A stretch of DNA of 62,242 nucleotides from Gammaproteobacteria bacterium (GTDB lineage: Bacteria; Pseudomonadota; Gammaproteobacteria; UBA1113). A model generated the notes under the pieces. The model was given only the letters and a program-made list of their open reading frames with translations. It was not told the origin of the DNA and did no database searches. A program made the translations under genes and the position numbers. Positions within the stretch are counted from its first letter, which is position 1; each line of letters opens with the position of its first letter. Below, piece by piece: positions 18,188 through 28,410 of this stretch. The stretch spans positions 1-62,242 of the forward strand of contig JAGVJQ010000020.1 of NCBI GenBank assembly GCA_020051015.1, written 5' to 3'.

Positions 18188-19297
18188 CTATCCAAAATTC
18201 ACCTCAACTAACTCACCTTCATCATGAATATTTCCATGTTCCACGTGGAACATCTTTCCTTCTTTATTTACTAACCCAGGCAGAATCAAATTTTTCTCAA
18301 TTGCCGTAATGAAGACCTGGGCATTTAATCGATTTAACATTTCAATCAAAAAGAAACGATACTCCGCACCTAATTCAGAAGGTAAATCATCCACTAAAAA
18401 AATACATTCTTTGCCATTAATTTCTCGCAATACTTGGGCTTGAGCGATGCGTAGGGCGCTAACAACAATTTTTTGCTGTCCACGAGAAAGGAAATCTTGT
18501 AACGGGATAGTGCCAATTTTAAGAATCAAATCCGCCCGTTGTGGACCATAATAGGTATATCCTCTTTCCATATCTTGTTCAAGATGAGTTGATAATAATT
18601 CTTTTAAATCAATATCCTCATTCCATCCTTTGTGGTATTCGAATTTAAAATTCTCTATGGTCAATAATTCAGTTAAAACTTTATGGAAAACTGGATTAAG
18701 TAATTCATAGTAGTGGCGGCGGTATTGGTCAATTTGTTCGGCTAAATTACAAAATTCCTCATCCCAAACTATGATTTGTTCGTAACTCAAGTGATCTTTT
18801 AACGCTTGATTACGCTGCTTTAAACAACGTTGGAAGCGTAGCCATAAGGAATAATATTGATGTTCCACGTGGAACACACCCCAATCTAGAATAGATCGAC
18901 GCGGTTTTGGACCACCATCCAATAAGGAAAAACTATCGGGATTTATCAAAATAATAGGTAATAAAATAGCTAAATCCGCTGTCGTTTTAATAGGCTGCTG
19001 TTGAATATGCATTTTACAATCTTTATCAGACGTTCGTTGAATACCGACATTAAGCGTAGTTTGCTGTGGTGAAATTAGATCACTAAATAAGGTCATAACT
19101 TCTTGATCTAATTTAATTATCCTATTAACTAAATGAGAACGAAAAGAACGAACATGGCCAAAATAATAAAGACTTTCTAATAAAGAAGTTTTACCGCTAC
19201 CATTTACACCGTAAATAAAATTAAATTTTTCTGATGGAAATATTGTAGCGTCACTAATATTTCTAACATTATTTATTACTACACGATTAAATTTCAT
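18188..19297 (-). CDS. recF: DNA replication and repair protein RecF
   Basis: GVNGSGKTSLLE Walker A; aligns to E. coli RecF end to end. The likely start is the ATG at 19297, which overlaps the dnaN stop (ATGA), not the track start at 19330. Confidence 0.95.
   Translation of the reverse strand: MKFNRVVINNVRNISDATIFPSEKFNFIYGVNGSGKTSLLESLYYFGHVRSFRSHLVNRIIKLDQEVMTLFSDLISPQQTTLNVGIQRTSDKDCKMHIQQQPIKTTADLAILLPIILINPDSFSLLDGGPKPRRSILDWGVFHVEHQYYSLWLRFQRCLKQRNQALKDHLSYEQIIVWDEEFCNLAEQIDQYRRHYYELLNPVFHKVLTELLTIENFKFEYHKGWNEDIDLKELLSTHLEQDMERGYTYYGPQRADLILKIGTIPLQDFLSRGQQKIVVSALRIAQAQVLREINGKECIFLVDDLPSELGAEYRFFLIEMLNRLNAQVFITAIEKNLILPGLVNKEGKMFHVEHGNIHDEGELVEVNFG
18237..18252. other. parS-type site TGTTCCACGTGGAACA (copy 3, inside recF 3' end, read as FHVEH)
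   Basis: Exact repeat of the 16-bp palindrome. Confidence 0.7.
18861..18876. other. parS-type site TGTTCCACGTGGAACA (copy 4, inside recF, read as FHVEH)
   Basis: Exact repeat of the 16-bp palindrome. Confidence 0.7.
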
Positions 19298-20394
19298 ATT
19301 CTCATCGGCATAACAACAAATACTGCACATTCATTACCACTTTCTTCCATTAATACACCGGTATTTGCATCAGTTAAGGTAATTTTAAACGTCGGGCTTT
19401 CCATTGCATTAACAGCATCTAACAAATATCCAACATTAAAACCTAGTGCTAATGGCGCAGCAGAATAATCGATCGTAATTTCCTCTTCGGCTTCTTCTTG
19501 TTCCGAGTTAGAAACAATGGCTTTTAATTTACTTTCCGCAAGTTCAATGCGAATACTACGATTTTTATCGAGTAAAACGGACACTCGTTGTAAGATTTCC
19601 TTAAATTCATCTCTATTAATCATAATAGTTTTATCACCATTGCGAGGTAACGCACGTTGATAATCAGGAAATTTCCCGTCAATTAATTTAGAGCTTAAGG
19701 TAAATTCATTACAAGAAAAATGAATATGATGTGTACCAACTTTTAAGGTAATTTGCTCTGATTCTGATGAGCCCAATAAACGCATTAATTCTAAAACGCC
19801 TTTTCTAGGTACAATAACGCGATTAACTTCATCGAGTTTAATTTGATAAAACTGCCACGCTAACGCCATTCGATGACCATCAGCAGAAACCGTCGTCATT
19901 TTATCAGAAGCAAACTCCATTAACATTCCATTTAAAAAATAGCGTACATCTTGTTGCGCCATAGCAAAATGGGTGTGTTCTAACAGGAAATAAAGAGAGT
20001 TTTTTGTAATAGTCGTTTCAACTACTATTTCTTCTTGTTCTAATTGTGGGAATTCATCACTTGATAAACGCGATAAATTAAAGCGACTCTTATTACATTT
20101 AATAATAATTTGATGCGGATCAAGATGAAATTCAATGATGGCACTATCAGGCAATGTTTTACAAATATCCAGCAATTTTCTACCGGGTAAAGTAAACTCT
20201 TCATCTGGTAAAGCTTCATCCAAATCAACACTTGCTGATAATTGAACTTCCAAATCAGTTGCTGTGATTGTTAATTTATTTCCAGTAATTTTTATTAAAA
20301 CATGCGACAAAATAGGTAGGGTATGTCGACGTTCAACAACACCAACGACCATTTGTAATGGTTGTAAAATATGCTCGCGTTTTATCTTTAACAT
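19294..20394 (-). CDS. dnaN: DNA polymerase III beta sliding clamp
   Basis: 366 aa. MLKIKREHILQPLQMVVGVVERRHTLPILSHVLI is a typical DnaN N-terminus. Conserved dnaA-dnaN-recF order. Confidence 0.95.
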   Translation of the reverse strand: MLKIKREHILQPLQMVVGVVERRHTLPILSHVLIKITGNKLTITATDLEVQLSASVDLDEALPDEEFTLPGRKLLDICKTLPDSAIIEFHLDPHQIIIKCNKSRFNLSRLSSDEFPQLEQEEIVVETTITKNSLYFLLEHTHFAMAQQDVRYFLNGMLMEFASDKMTTVSADGHRMALAWQFYQIKLDEVNRVIVPRKGVLELMRLLGSSESEQITLKVGTHHIHFSCNEFTLSSKLIDGKFPDYQRALPRNGDKTIMINRDEFKEILQRVSVLLDKNRSIRIELAESKLKAIVSNSEQEEAEEEITIDYSAAPLALGFNVGYLLDAVNAMESPTFKITLTDANTGVLMEESGNECAVFVVMPMRI

Positions 20395-20403
20395 ATACTT
20401 TTC

Positions 20404-21759
20404 CTAAGTCGTTAAGATACGAATCAAATTCTTATAATCTTCGGCAACATCAATCGTGGTTTCAGCCAATTCTTTGATTTTGCGACAGGCATGCAATACA
20501 GTAGTATGATCTTTACCGCCAAATGCTTCACCAATTTCAGGTAAACTATGGTTAGTTAATTCCTTTGATAAAGCCATTGCCATTTGCCGCGGTCTTGCAA
20601 CCGATCGACTTCGACGTTGTGACATAATATCAGCTACTTTTACCTTATAATATTCAGCAACTGTTTTAATAATATTCTCAATAGTGACTAATTTATCTTG
20701 TAATGTTAGTAAATCTTTTAACGATTCTTTTACAAAATCCATCGTCACCGCTTGACCAGTAAAATTTGCATTGGCAACAATTCGTTTCAATGCGCCTTCT
20801 AACTCACGAACATTAGAGCGAATTCTTTTACCAATAAAAAATGCCACTTCATAAGGAATATCAATACCTGCTTGCTCAGCTTTACTCATTAAAATAGCAA
20901 CCCGCGTTTCTAATTCAGGTGGCTCAACAGCAACAGTTAATCCCCAACCAAAACGTGATTTCAAACGTTCTTCCAAACCATTAATTTCTTTTGGATAACG
21001 ATCACAGGTTAAAATAATTTGTTGACGACCTTCTAACAAAGCATTAAATGTATGGAAAAACTCTTCTTGCGAGCGATCTTTCCCTGCAAAAAATTGAATA
21101 TCATCAATTAATAAAGCATCAACTTGCCGATAAAACATTTTGAAATCATTCATTCGATTAGTTTGCAAAGCCTTAACCATTTCAGCGACAAACCGTTCAG
21201 AATGTAAGTAAAGCACTTTTGCATGTGGATTATGTTGCAATATCATATTCCCAACAGCATGCATCAAGTGAGTTTTACCTAATCCAACACCACCATAAAT
21301 TAATAATGGGTTATTAGTACCCCCTGGCTCCATACCAACTTGTTTAGCCGCAGCCAACGCTAATTGGTTAGATTTTCCTTCTACAAAATTATCAAAAGTA
21401 AAAGTTGGATTTAAATTTGATTGAAATAAAGGAATATCTTTTGCCACGGTAACATTAGTATGAGATGAGCTTTGTATACTCGTTGTGGTAATTGTTTGAG
21501 TCACTTCGCTATCACGGCGTGAACCAATTTCAATAACGACTTCAATTGGCGAACCATTAGATACTTGTATTAACACTTCATTAATACGCTTATAAAAATG
21601 CTCATGAATCCAATCACTAACAAACCGATTAGGCGCCAGCAATACTAATTTGCCTTCCCGCTGATTGGCATGTAAGGGACGAATCCAGGTATTAAATTGT
21701 TGTACGGTCAATTCATCTTGTAATAAATTGAGGCACTGATCCCAAATCACTAGTGACAC
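20404..21759 (-). CDS. dnaA: chromosomal replication initiator DnaA
   Basis: Walker [11 protein letters not shown], DnaA signature at the C-terminus ([11 protein letters not shown]). GTG start with GGAG upstream. Confidence 0.97.
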   Translation of the reverse strand: MSLVIWDQCLNLLQDELTVQQFNTWIRPLHANQREGKLVLLAPNRFVSDWIHEHFYKRINEVLIQVSNGSPIEVVIEIGSRRDSEVTQTITTTSIQSSSHTNVTVAKDIPLFQSNLNPTFTFDNFVEGKSNQLALAAAKQVGMEPGGTNNPLLIYGGVGLGKTHLMHAVGNMILQHNPHAKVLYLHSERFVAEMVKALQTNRMNDFKMFYRQVDALLIDDIQFFAGKDRSQEEFFHTFNALLEGRQQIILTCDRYPKEINGLEERLKSRFGWGLTVAVEPPELETRVAILMSKAEQAGIDIPYEVAFFIGKRIRSNVRELEGALKRIVANANFTGQAVTMDFVKESLKDLLTLQDKLVTIENIIKTVAEYYKVKVADIMSQRRSRSVARPRQMAMALSKELTNHSLPEIGEAFGGKDHTTVLHACRKIKELAETTIDVAEDYKNLIRILTT

Positions 21760-21965
21760 GAATAATCTCCGAAACAGTAAATTAATTTATAGATTTTTAG
21801 ACTTTCTTTTTAAATATTCAGACTGTTCAAAACAAAATAACGTAGCGTTTAAATTATATTACACAGACACGCGCTGCCTGCCAATACTTACATAAGCTTG
21901 TTTTTGAAGAATGTCTTTTATTTGTCAATCTAAAGAGAAAGCTAGTTTATACTTGTTTTAGAAAG

Positions 21966-21974
21966 TTATCCACA
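21966..21974 (+). promoter_or_regulatory. DnaA box TTATCCACA (perfect consensus)
   Basis: Exact 9-mer; embedded in the 12-mer TTATCCACAGGT shared with the second box. Confidence 0.7.
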
Positions 21975-22538
21975 GGTAAATGTGAATTAGGTTGTAATAA
22001 AGATCGGAAAACCCTTTGATAGAATTCAATGGTAAAAAAGCACCCACAGAGAATAGGCAGTTATCCCCTGATTATACCGTTCAAAGAGGGTTGTAATTAA
22101 CAAAGATAATATTAAAATAACTAATTAATAAATATATAGAATTATACATTATTAACAAGTGAATGCCCCCCTAATATTAATAATAATAAGGATCTTATAA
22201 ATATATATTATTATTACCTCCACCAAATTATTAAAATAAATTAGTTTCTAAAAAGTAAGATATGTTTAAAAAATAACCATATTAAGAAAATAGATATTTA
22301 ATGTTTTTATGATCATAATTTGTCCTTTTCCCTTACTCTTTTTCGACATGCTGCTCACTAATATTAATAAGTATTATATAGATCCATATTGTTAATATAG
22401 TGTTGATGAAATCTGTTTATATTATTTAATTTTAACTATTATTCAATATGTTATTAACAATCTAACCTTGTTAATATAACGTGTTGCTTATGTCGATAAG
22501 CAGTGTATGGAAATGAGGTCGTCCATAAAGTAAGGTAT

Positions 22539-22547
22539 TTATCCACA
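22539..22547 (+). promoter_or_regulatory. DnaA box TTATCCACA (perfect consensus)
   Basis: Exact 9-mer; same 12-mer context TTATCCACAGGT. Confidence 0.7.
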
Positions 22548-22654
22548 GGTGTGTAATAGTTCTGCCAGCAGCTTGTTAACAGGATTAGACTTAGATGGTT
22601 ACAAGATACGAATCATTGTAAAAGAGTAAAGGTAATAAAAATGCAAGATAACGC

Positions 22655-22683
22655 TTGACATTTGGTCTAGACAAAAATATCAT
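22655..22683 (+). promoter_or_regulatory. putative sigma70 promoter of rpmH-rnpA operon
   Basis: TTGACA (22655-22660), 17-nt spacer, TATCAT (22678-22683), about 50 nt upstream of the rpmH ATG. Confidence 0.5.
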
Positions 22684-22731
22684 TCAATGCTTATTTTTGG
22701 TACAAGAATTATTTAATGGATCGATAGAGCA

Positions 22732-22866
22732 ATGAAAAGAACGTTTCAACCAAGTAACATATCTCGTAAAAGAACCCATGGTTTCCGTGCTCGTATGGCA
22801 ACCCGTAATGGCCGTGCTGTATTATCACGTCGTCGTGCTAAAGGCCGTGCGCGTTTAGCTGTTTAA
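22732..22866 (+). CDS. rpmH: 50S ribosomal protein L34
   Basis: Too short for the ORF track. My own translation is [44 protein letters not shown] (44 aa), a canonical L34. Confidence 0.95.
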   Translation: MKRTFQPSNISRKRTHGFRARMATRNGRAVLSRRRAKGRARLAV

Positions 22867-22874
22867 CCAGTTGC

Positions 22875-23237
22875 ATGAAGCAATGGGGTTTTCCAAAAAC
22901 GTTAAGACTACAGACCAGCGCTGAATTTAAAACGGTTTTTGATCACGTAGATAGAAAATTTTTCACCAAAGGTCTTATGATCTTGGTGAAAAAAAATGAC
23001 CACTCACAGCCCAAGCTTGGGCTGGTGGTGAGCAAAAAAAACTTATCTCTTTCCTGCCAACGCAATACGCTTAAGCGACTTATTAGAGAAAGTGTGCGAC
23101 TTAATCAACACATTTTGACCGGTTTGGATATTGTAGTCGTGGCAAGAAGAGACATTGTCGAAGTAGATAGAAAATCACTGTGGCAGGCATTAAACCAATT
23201 ATGGAAAACAGTCGACGCACAGCGCGACAAGTTTTAA
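22875..23237 (+). CDS. rnpA: ribonuclease P protein component
   Basis: 120 aa, basic. [18 protein letters not shown]-terminus typical of RnpA; lies directly after rpmH. Confidence 0.9.
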   Translation: MKQWGFPKTLRLQTSAEFKTVFDHVDRKFFTKGLMILVKKNDHSQPKLGLVVSKKNLSLSCQRNTLKRLIRESVRLNQHILTGLDIVVVARRDIVEVDRKSLWQALNQLWKTVDAQRDKF

Positions 23238-23464
23238 TACAATTCATTAAGGGCTATCAATACCTTATTAGCCCCATGCTTGGCCATTGCTGTCGATTTT
23301 ATCCCTCATGTTCACACTATGCTACTGAAGCTATTACCGTACATGGGATAGTTAAAGGTAGTTGGTTTTCAGCAAAACGAATTATACGTTGCCATCCTTG
23401 GCATCCAGGTGGGGTTGATTTCGTACCTGGCGGCTACAACTTATCTGACCAAAGAGACAAATAA
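23201..23464 (+). CDS. yidD: membrane protein insertion efficiency factor YidD
   Basis: [27 protein letters not shown]...[10 protein letters not shown] matches the YidD signature. I chose the ATG at 23201 rather than the upstream GTG in the track. Confidence 0.85.
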   Translation: MENSRRTARQVLIQFIKGYQYLISPMLGHCCRFYPSCSHYATEAITVHGIVKGSWFSAKRIIRCHPWHPGGVDFVPGGYNLSDQRDK

Positions 23465-25170
23465 TGGAACAGAGACGCCTTATTTTAATTATTGTACTTG
23501 CCTTAATTGCCTCATTATTGTGGCATAACTGGACAATGGAGCATTTGCCAGCGTCGCCAGAAGTACAACAATCCACTATCCCAAGTAATCAAACTGGAAA
23601 TGTGAATATTGCCGTTAATAATGCGGTCAGTACGACACCAACCGATAACACCAGTGCGCCAACAAATATTGCTACTCCGACATCGACAACGACGCCAACA
23701 GCCAATACACAACAAACAAGTCAAGTAGTGAATGTGAAAACGGACGTGCTTGATGTGGATATTAATACATTGGGCGGTACGGTAACTAAAGCGGCGTTAT
23801 TGCAATATCCTTTGGTTCAAGGTAAGTCGCAGCCAGTCGTGTTAATGAATAATGATCCATTGTCACGTTATTTAGCACAAAGCACATTGGTGTCAGCAGA
23901 TAATAGCTTTTCAGATAGCACGTTGATTTATAGCTCAACACAATCTTTTTACCAGTTGAATAAAGGTCAACAACAACTCGTTGTTAACTTAACCTATCAA
24001 GCCGATAATGGATTAAAAATTGTAAAAAGCTATACCTTCACTCAAGGTAAATACAATATTGATGTTAATTACCATATTCAAAATGGTGGTAGTGCGGTAT
24101 GGCAAGGTAATGTGTATGGTTTATTATCACGTACCAATGCTGTGGAACAGACTTCAGGTATGTTTCATGTTAGTTCATATACTGGAGCATCGGTTTCGAC
24201 ACAAGGGTCGCCATATCAAAAAATCAGTTTTAAAGATATGCAAAAGCAAAATCTTAATACCACCAGTCCTGGTGGTTGGGTTGCCATGCAACAGCATTAC
24301 TTTTTAAGCTCATGGGTGCCTAATCAACAACAAAATAATCGTTATTTTTCACAAATTGATAATAGCGGTCTTTATACGGTAGGTGTTGCAAGCGCACCGA
24401 TTTCAGTTAATCCAGGGCAGACGGTAACTACTGGTATGCAGTTATATGCGGGCCCTGAGTTAGCAGACCAATTAAAAGCATTAGCACCACATCTTGATTT
24501 AACCATTGATTATGGTTGGTTATGGTTTATTTCTGATGCTATTTTCTGGGCAATGGAAAAGATTTATAACGTAGTAGGGAATTGGGGTTGGTCAATTGTA
24601 TTAGTGACTATCCTGATTAAATTATTGTTTTATCCGTTGTCTGCTACTAGCTATCGATCCATGGCTAGAATGCGAAAAATTCAACCTAAATTACAATCGC
24701 TGAAAGATCGTTATGGTGATGACCGTCAAAAGTTAGCGCAAGCAACGATGGAACTTTATCGGCAAGAGAAAGCCAATCCTATGAGTGGATGCTTACCGAT
24801 TTTAGTGCAAATTCCGGTGTTCATTGCATTGTATTGGGTCTTGGTCGAAAGTGTACAATTACGCCAAGCGCCATTTATTTTCTGGATTCATGATTTAGCG
24901 GCACGTGATCCTTATTTCATATTGCCAATTATCAATGGGTTGGCGATGTTCGTGCAGCAAAAACTAAATCCGCCGCCACCGGATCCAACACAAGCCAAGA
25001 TCATGATGTTTTTACCGGTGATCTTTACGTTTATATTTATTAACTTCCCTGCCGGTTTAGTACTGTATTGGGTTGTAAATAGTGTGATCTCAATTCTGCA
25101 GCAGTGGTTTATCATGCGGCAAGTTGAAAAAGCCGATCAAATTACGGTAATTAGTAAGAGTAATTCGTAA
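23464..25170 (+). CDS. yidC: membrane protein insertase YidC
   Basis: 568 aa. C-terminal conserved core (PMSGCLPILVQIPVFIALYWVL). TAATG coupling to yidD. A Thr-rich low-complexity stretch follows TM1. Confidence 0.95.
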   Translation: MEQRRLILIIVLALIASLLWHNWTMEHLPASPEVQQSTIPSNQTGNVNIAVNNAVSTTPTDNTSAPTNIATPTSTTTPTANTQQTSQVVNVKTDVLDVDINTLGGTVTKAALLQYPLVQGKSQPVVLMNNDPLSRYLAQSTLVSADNSFSDSTLIYSSTQSFYQLNKGQQQLVVNLTYQADNGLKIVKSYTFTQGKYNIDVNYHIQNGGSAVWQGNVYGLLSRTNAVEQTSGMFHVSSYTGASVSTQGSPYQKISFKDMQKQNLNTTSPGGWVAMQQHYFLSSWVPNQQQNNRYFSQIDNSGLYTVGVASAPISVNPGQTVTTGMQLYAGPELADQLKALAPHLDLTIDYGWLWFISDAIFWAMEKIYNVVGNWGWSIVLVTILIKLLFYPLSATSYRSMARMRKIQPKLQSLKDRYGDDRQKLAQATMELYRQEKANPMSGCLPILVQIPVFIALYWVLVESVQLRQAPFIFWIHDLAARDPYFILPIINGLAMFVQQKLNPPPPDPTQAKIMMFLPVIFTFIFINFPAGLVLYWVVNSVISILQQWFIMRQVEKADQITVISKSNS

Positions 25171-25178
25171 GAATTTAA

Positions 25179-26600
25179 ATGGCATTATCTTCAAATCACA
25201 TTGATACCATCGCTGCTCCAGCAACACCTGCTGGGCGCGGTGGTGTTGGTATTATTCGTGTATCGGGTCCATTAGCATCGACTATCTTACAACAAGTCAC
25301 TCATAAAAAATTACCCTCACCGCGGCAAGCGGTTTACAGCCAATTTTTCGATGAAAACAACGATGCCATCGATATGGGGTTAATATTATTTTTTAATAGC
25401 CCCCATTCATTTACTGGCGAAGATGTAGTGGAATTTCATGGCCATGGTGGTCCTGTTGTTATCGATTGTTTATTACGACGTATTTTGCAATTAGGAGCTA
25501 GATTAGCCAGGCCAGGCGAATTTAGTGAACGTGCTTTTTTAAATGATAAATTAGATTTAGCACAAGCTGAAGCTATTGCCGATTTAATTGATAGCGCATC
25601 TGAACAAGCCGTAAAAAGCGCCATGCGATCATTGCAAGGTGAGTTTTCAAAACACATCGATCATTTAGTTTCAGAATTAATTCATTTGCGAATGTATGTT
25701 GAAGCTGCGATTGATTTTCCAGAAGAAGAAATTGACTTTCTTTCGGATGGTGTAGTCACGGGTCAATTAAGTAATATTATTTCAGAGCTTAAAAAGCTAT
25801 TAGTTTCTGCCACACAAGGTGTGCGACTGCGAGATGGTTTAACAGTCGTTATTGCGGGTAAACCGAATGCAGGAAAATCGAGTTTATTAAATCAATTAAG
25901 TGGCCGTGAGTCAGCAATTGTGACTGATATTCCAGGTACTACACGTGATTTAGTTCGCGAACAAATTTTATTGCAAGGGATTCCATTACATATTATCGAT
26001 ACAGCGGGTTTGCGTGACAGTGATGATCCGGTTGAGCAAGAAGGTATTCGTCGTGCTAGAGCTGAAATTGATAAGGCAGATTTATTGTTATTAATAGTTG
26101 ATGTGACTCATCAAACGCTCCCTTCCACCGCTCGCGGGGGAGAGGAGGCTGTCGGGAATCTACTTCCACAGTGCTTGAATATATCGTCTATTCTCGATGA
26201 ATATGGTTTAGCTGGTCGCACAGTAACGATCGTATTTAATAAAATTGATTTACTACAAAAAGAACCACAATTAATCGATAGCAAACCTATTTCACAAGTG
26301 TTTTTATCAGCGAAAAAAGGTGATGGAATAGAATTATTACGCCAACACTTATTACATCAAGCCGGTGTTAATCAATTAGGGGAAGGGCAATTTATTGCAC
26401 GACGTCGACATTTGGATGCTTTGCAACAAGCCTTTGCTATCGTAAAAGAAGCTGAAAAAAACTTTCATCAACATGCGATGGGTGAATTGTTAGCTGAAGA
26501 TTTACGCCATGCTCAACAGCATTTAAGTGAAATTACCGGGCAATTTACTGCGGATGATTTATTAGGAAAGATCTTTTCAAGCTTTTGTATCGGAAAATAA
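25179..26600 (+). CDS. mnmE: tRNA modification GTPase MnmE (TrmE)
   Basis: [23 protein letters not shown]-terminus, G-domain [12 protein letters not shown] / DTAG / NKID, C-terminal FCIGK. Confidence 0.95.
   Translation: MALSSNHIDTIAAPATPAGRGGVGIIRVSGPLASTILQQVTHKKLPSPRQAVYSQFFDENNDAIDMGLILFFNSPHSFTGEDVVEFHGHGGPVVIDCLLRRILQLGARLARPGEFSERAFLNDKLDLAQAEAIADLIDSASEQAVKSAMRSLQGEFSKHIDHLVSELIHLRMYVEAAIDFPEEEIDFLSDGVVTGQLSNIISELKKLLVSATQGVRLRDGLTVVIAGKPNAGKSSLLNQLSGRESAIVTDIPGTTRDLVREQILLQGIPLHIIDTAGLRDSDDPVEQEGIRRARAEIDKADLLLLIVDVTHQTLPSTARGGEEAVGNLLPQCLNISSILDEYGLAGRTVTIVFNKIDLLQKEPQLIDSKPISQVFLSAKKGDGIELLRQHLLHQAGVNQLGEGQFIARRRHLDALQQAFAIVKEAEKNFHQHAMGELLAEDLRHAQQHLSEITGQFTADDLLGKIFSSFCIGK
26117..26155 (+). 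repeat. probable degenerate family C (GGGGAGAGG) element inside mnmE G-domain, in frame
   Basis: GCTCCCTTCCACCGCTCGCGGGGGAGAGGAGGCTGTC. The right half resembles GCGAGGAGAGGGAGCTGTCC of the intergenic copy at 41449-41636. Translated as [12 protein letters not shown]. Confidence 0.4.
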
Positions 26601-26774
26601 AATAAATTTTGGTTATGCAATCTATCCTTCTGTTAGACAAATGGATAGGCATAAAAATTATAAACTCATGTTAATGTTTGGTTAACAATTAATAGTGATA
26701 ATAACAAAATCCAATATTTTTACATTAAAATTTATTGTATAATTGCGAAAATTTAAAATAACTACTTATTAAAC

Positions 26775-27722
26775 ATGAAAACAAAATTATCTATTCACAC
26801 TTGGTTACCTATGGCCGGCCTGATTTTTGGCACAGTTGCGCTTGGCTTTTCCTCCTTATTTGTCCTGTGGGCGCAAGCGCCAGGTATGGTCACGGCATTT
26901 TATCGGGAAGCATTTGCCGCTATTTTTACGGCGATTCCGGTATTTTTTATGACGCGTAAAGAGCGGCCATTTTCTCGCAAACACGTTATCTATGCGGCAC
27001 TGGCTGGAATATTTTTTGTAGCTGATATTGCGGTATGGAATACATCATTATTTATGACTTCCGCTGCCAATGCGACCTTATTTAATAACACGTCCGTATT
27101 ATGGGTAGGATTAGCTGCAGTATTAATTTTTAGAGAAAAACTTAGTTACAAATTTTGGTTAGGCTTAACTACCGCTTTTGTTGGAATTGTGATTATTGTT
27201 GGGTGTGATTTCCTTGAGCATCCTAATATTGGTTTAGGTGATTTTCTGGCAATGATTGCAGCCATTGGTTATGCTGCATTTTTTCTCACGACACAACGTT
27301 GCCGTGAAAAGTTAGGAGTTTTAAGTAGTTTTTGGATTTCTGCTGCGGCAGGGGCGTTATTTATGCTGCCCATTTGTTTATTAACTGGCAATCATATTTT
27401 GGGTTATTCATCGACTACCTACTGGAATTTTCTAGGCGTGGCTCTGGTGACACAAGTCGGTGGTTATATTGCTATAAATTACGCTTTAGGGCATCTACCA
27501 GCAACAATTGTCTCGAGTGTGGTGTTATTGCAGCCAGTCATTACTGCCATCTTAGCCGCCATTTTTATTAACCAGCCGATACAACCCAACCAAATTTTCG
27601 GTGGCTTATTTGTCTTGGTTGGAATTTATGTTGTCCACCGCAGCCGCTTGAAAAAACCAGTTGAAGAACCACAGCCAGCTGAGAATGAAGTGGGTGTGGT
27701 CTTAGCGGATAAACTTGATTAG
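26775..27722 (+). CDS. EamA/DMT-superfamily transporter
   Basis: About 10 predicted TM helices and two-repeat architecture; length and composition typical of the EamA family. Confidence 0.8.
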   Translation: MKTKLSIHTWLPMAGLIFGTVALGFSSLFVLWAQAPGMVTAFYREAFAAIFTAIPVFFMTRKERPFSRKHVIYAALAGIFFVADIAVWNTSLFMTSAANATLFNNTSVLWVGLAAVLIFREKLSYKFWLGLTTAFVGIVIIVGCDFLEHPNIGLGDFLAMIAAIGYAAFFLTTQRCREKLGVLSSFWISAAAGALFMLPICLLTGNHILGYSSTTYWNFLGVALVTQVGGYIAINYALGHLPATIVSSVVLLQPVITAILAAIFINQPIQPNQIFGGLFVLVGIYVVHRSRLKKPVEEPQPAENEVGVVLADKLD

Positions 27723-27776
27723 CGGCAAGCGGTGGGATTGTTAAGCGGCATCTTTATGCTTAATAGTCATGTTTAT

Positions 27777-28199
27777 TCACTCTTCTCTCCCCAGCTGTGA
27801 AACCGAAGCTGCTTGATGTCCTACTTTAAGTGCTTTTTCTTTTTTAGCTTCTCGTACCGCTAAATTCGCGACAATTAAACCCACGATAAAACGGTCCCGT
27901 TCGTGTAATAATCGATAAAATTCAGAAAGTTCAGTGGTTTTATCACCAAACAAGTCAGGTAATGACACAGTTTGGGTTTGGCCATCAGTGTCAATCAAAA
28001 TAAAACTTAGTTGGTCCAGATTAGTAATATCATAAATGACATCTTTAATTCGATACTTCCAGATAAAGGCAGATTCTTCAGGGTTGTGGTTCTTAATTTG
28101 CTTACGGTTTCTATATCGCAACATATCACGATCGTATTTCTTTAAAGCGATGATTGCGCGTGGAGTGATAAATTGTAATTTATTAAGCCATGGTTGCAT
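27777..28199 (-). CDS. hypothetical protein (orphan, 140 aa)
   Basis: ORF with AGGAAG Shine-Dalgarno 7 nt upstream of the ATG at 28199 (track start 28253 rejected). No recognisable motif. Confidence 0.55.
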   Translation of the reverse strand: MQPWLNKLQFITPRAIIALKKYDRDMLRYRNRKQIKNHNPEESAFIWKYRIKDVIYDITNLDQLSFILIDTDGQTQTVSLPDLFGDKTTELSEFYRLLHERDRFIVGLIVANLAVREAKKEKALKVGHQAASVSQLGREE

Positions 28200-28410
28200 G
28201 ATGTCTTCCTTAATAATAAATATCCATAATATTACTTTTATCCATGATAGCATATTATTTTATTACCACAATATGTTGCGGGTAAGGATTTTCAGCGATT
28301 ACCCAGCCACAAACAGTCTTATTTAAGATGATAAAAGGCTACCTTTGCTGGGTGACATCAGGTATAATTGTGCAAATTTTGCTTATCTGCTTATTTAGTT
28401 AGGGTTTACT

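Larger units (their letters stand above)
21760..22731. other. predicted chromosomal replication origin (oriC) / dnaA and rpmH promoter region
   Basis: 972-bp very AT-rich non-coding spacer. It contains two perfect DnaA boxes, repeated AT-rich 13-mers next to GATC sites, and the point where gene orientation switches. Confidence 0.6.

Noticed and set aside
23600-23720. Thr/Pro/Asn-rich tract after TM1 of YidC as a possible inserted repeat
   Set aside because: It has no palindromic or repeated DNA structure. The N-terminal part of the periplasmic P1 domain is naturally variable, so this is ordinary low-complexity sequence.
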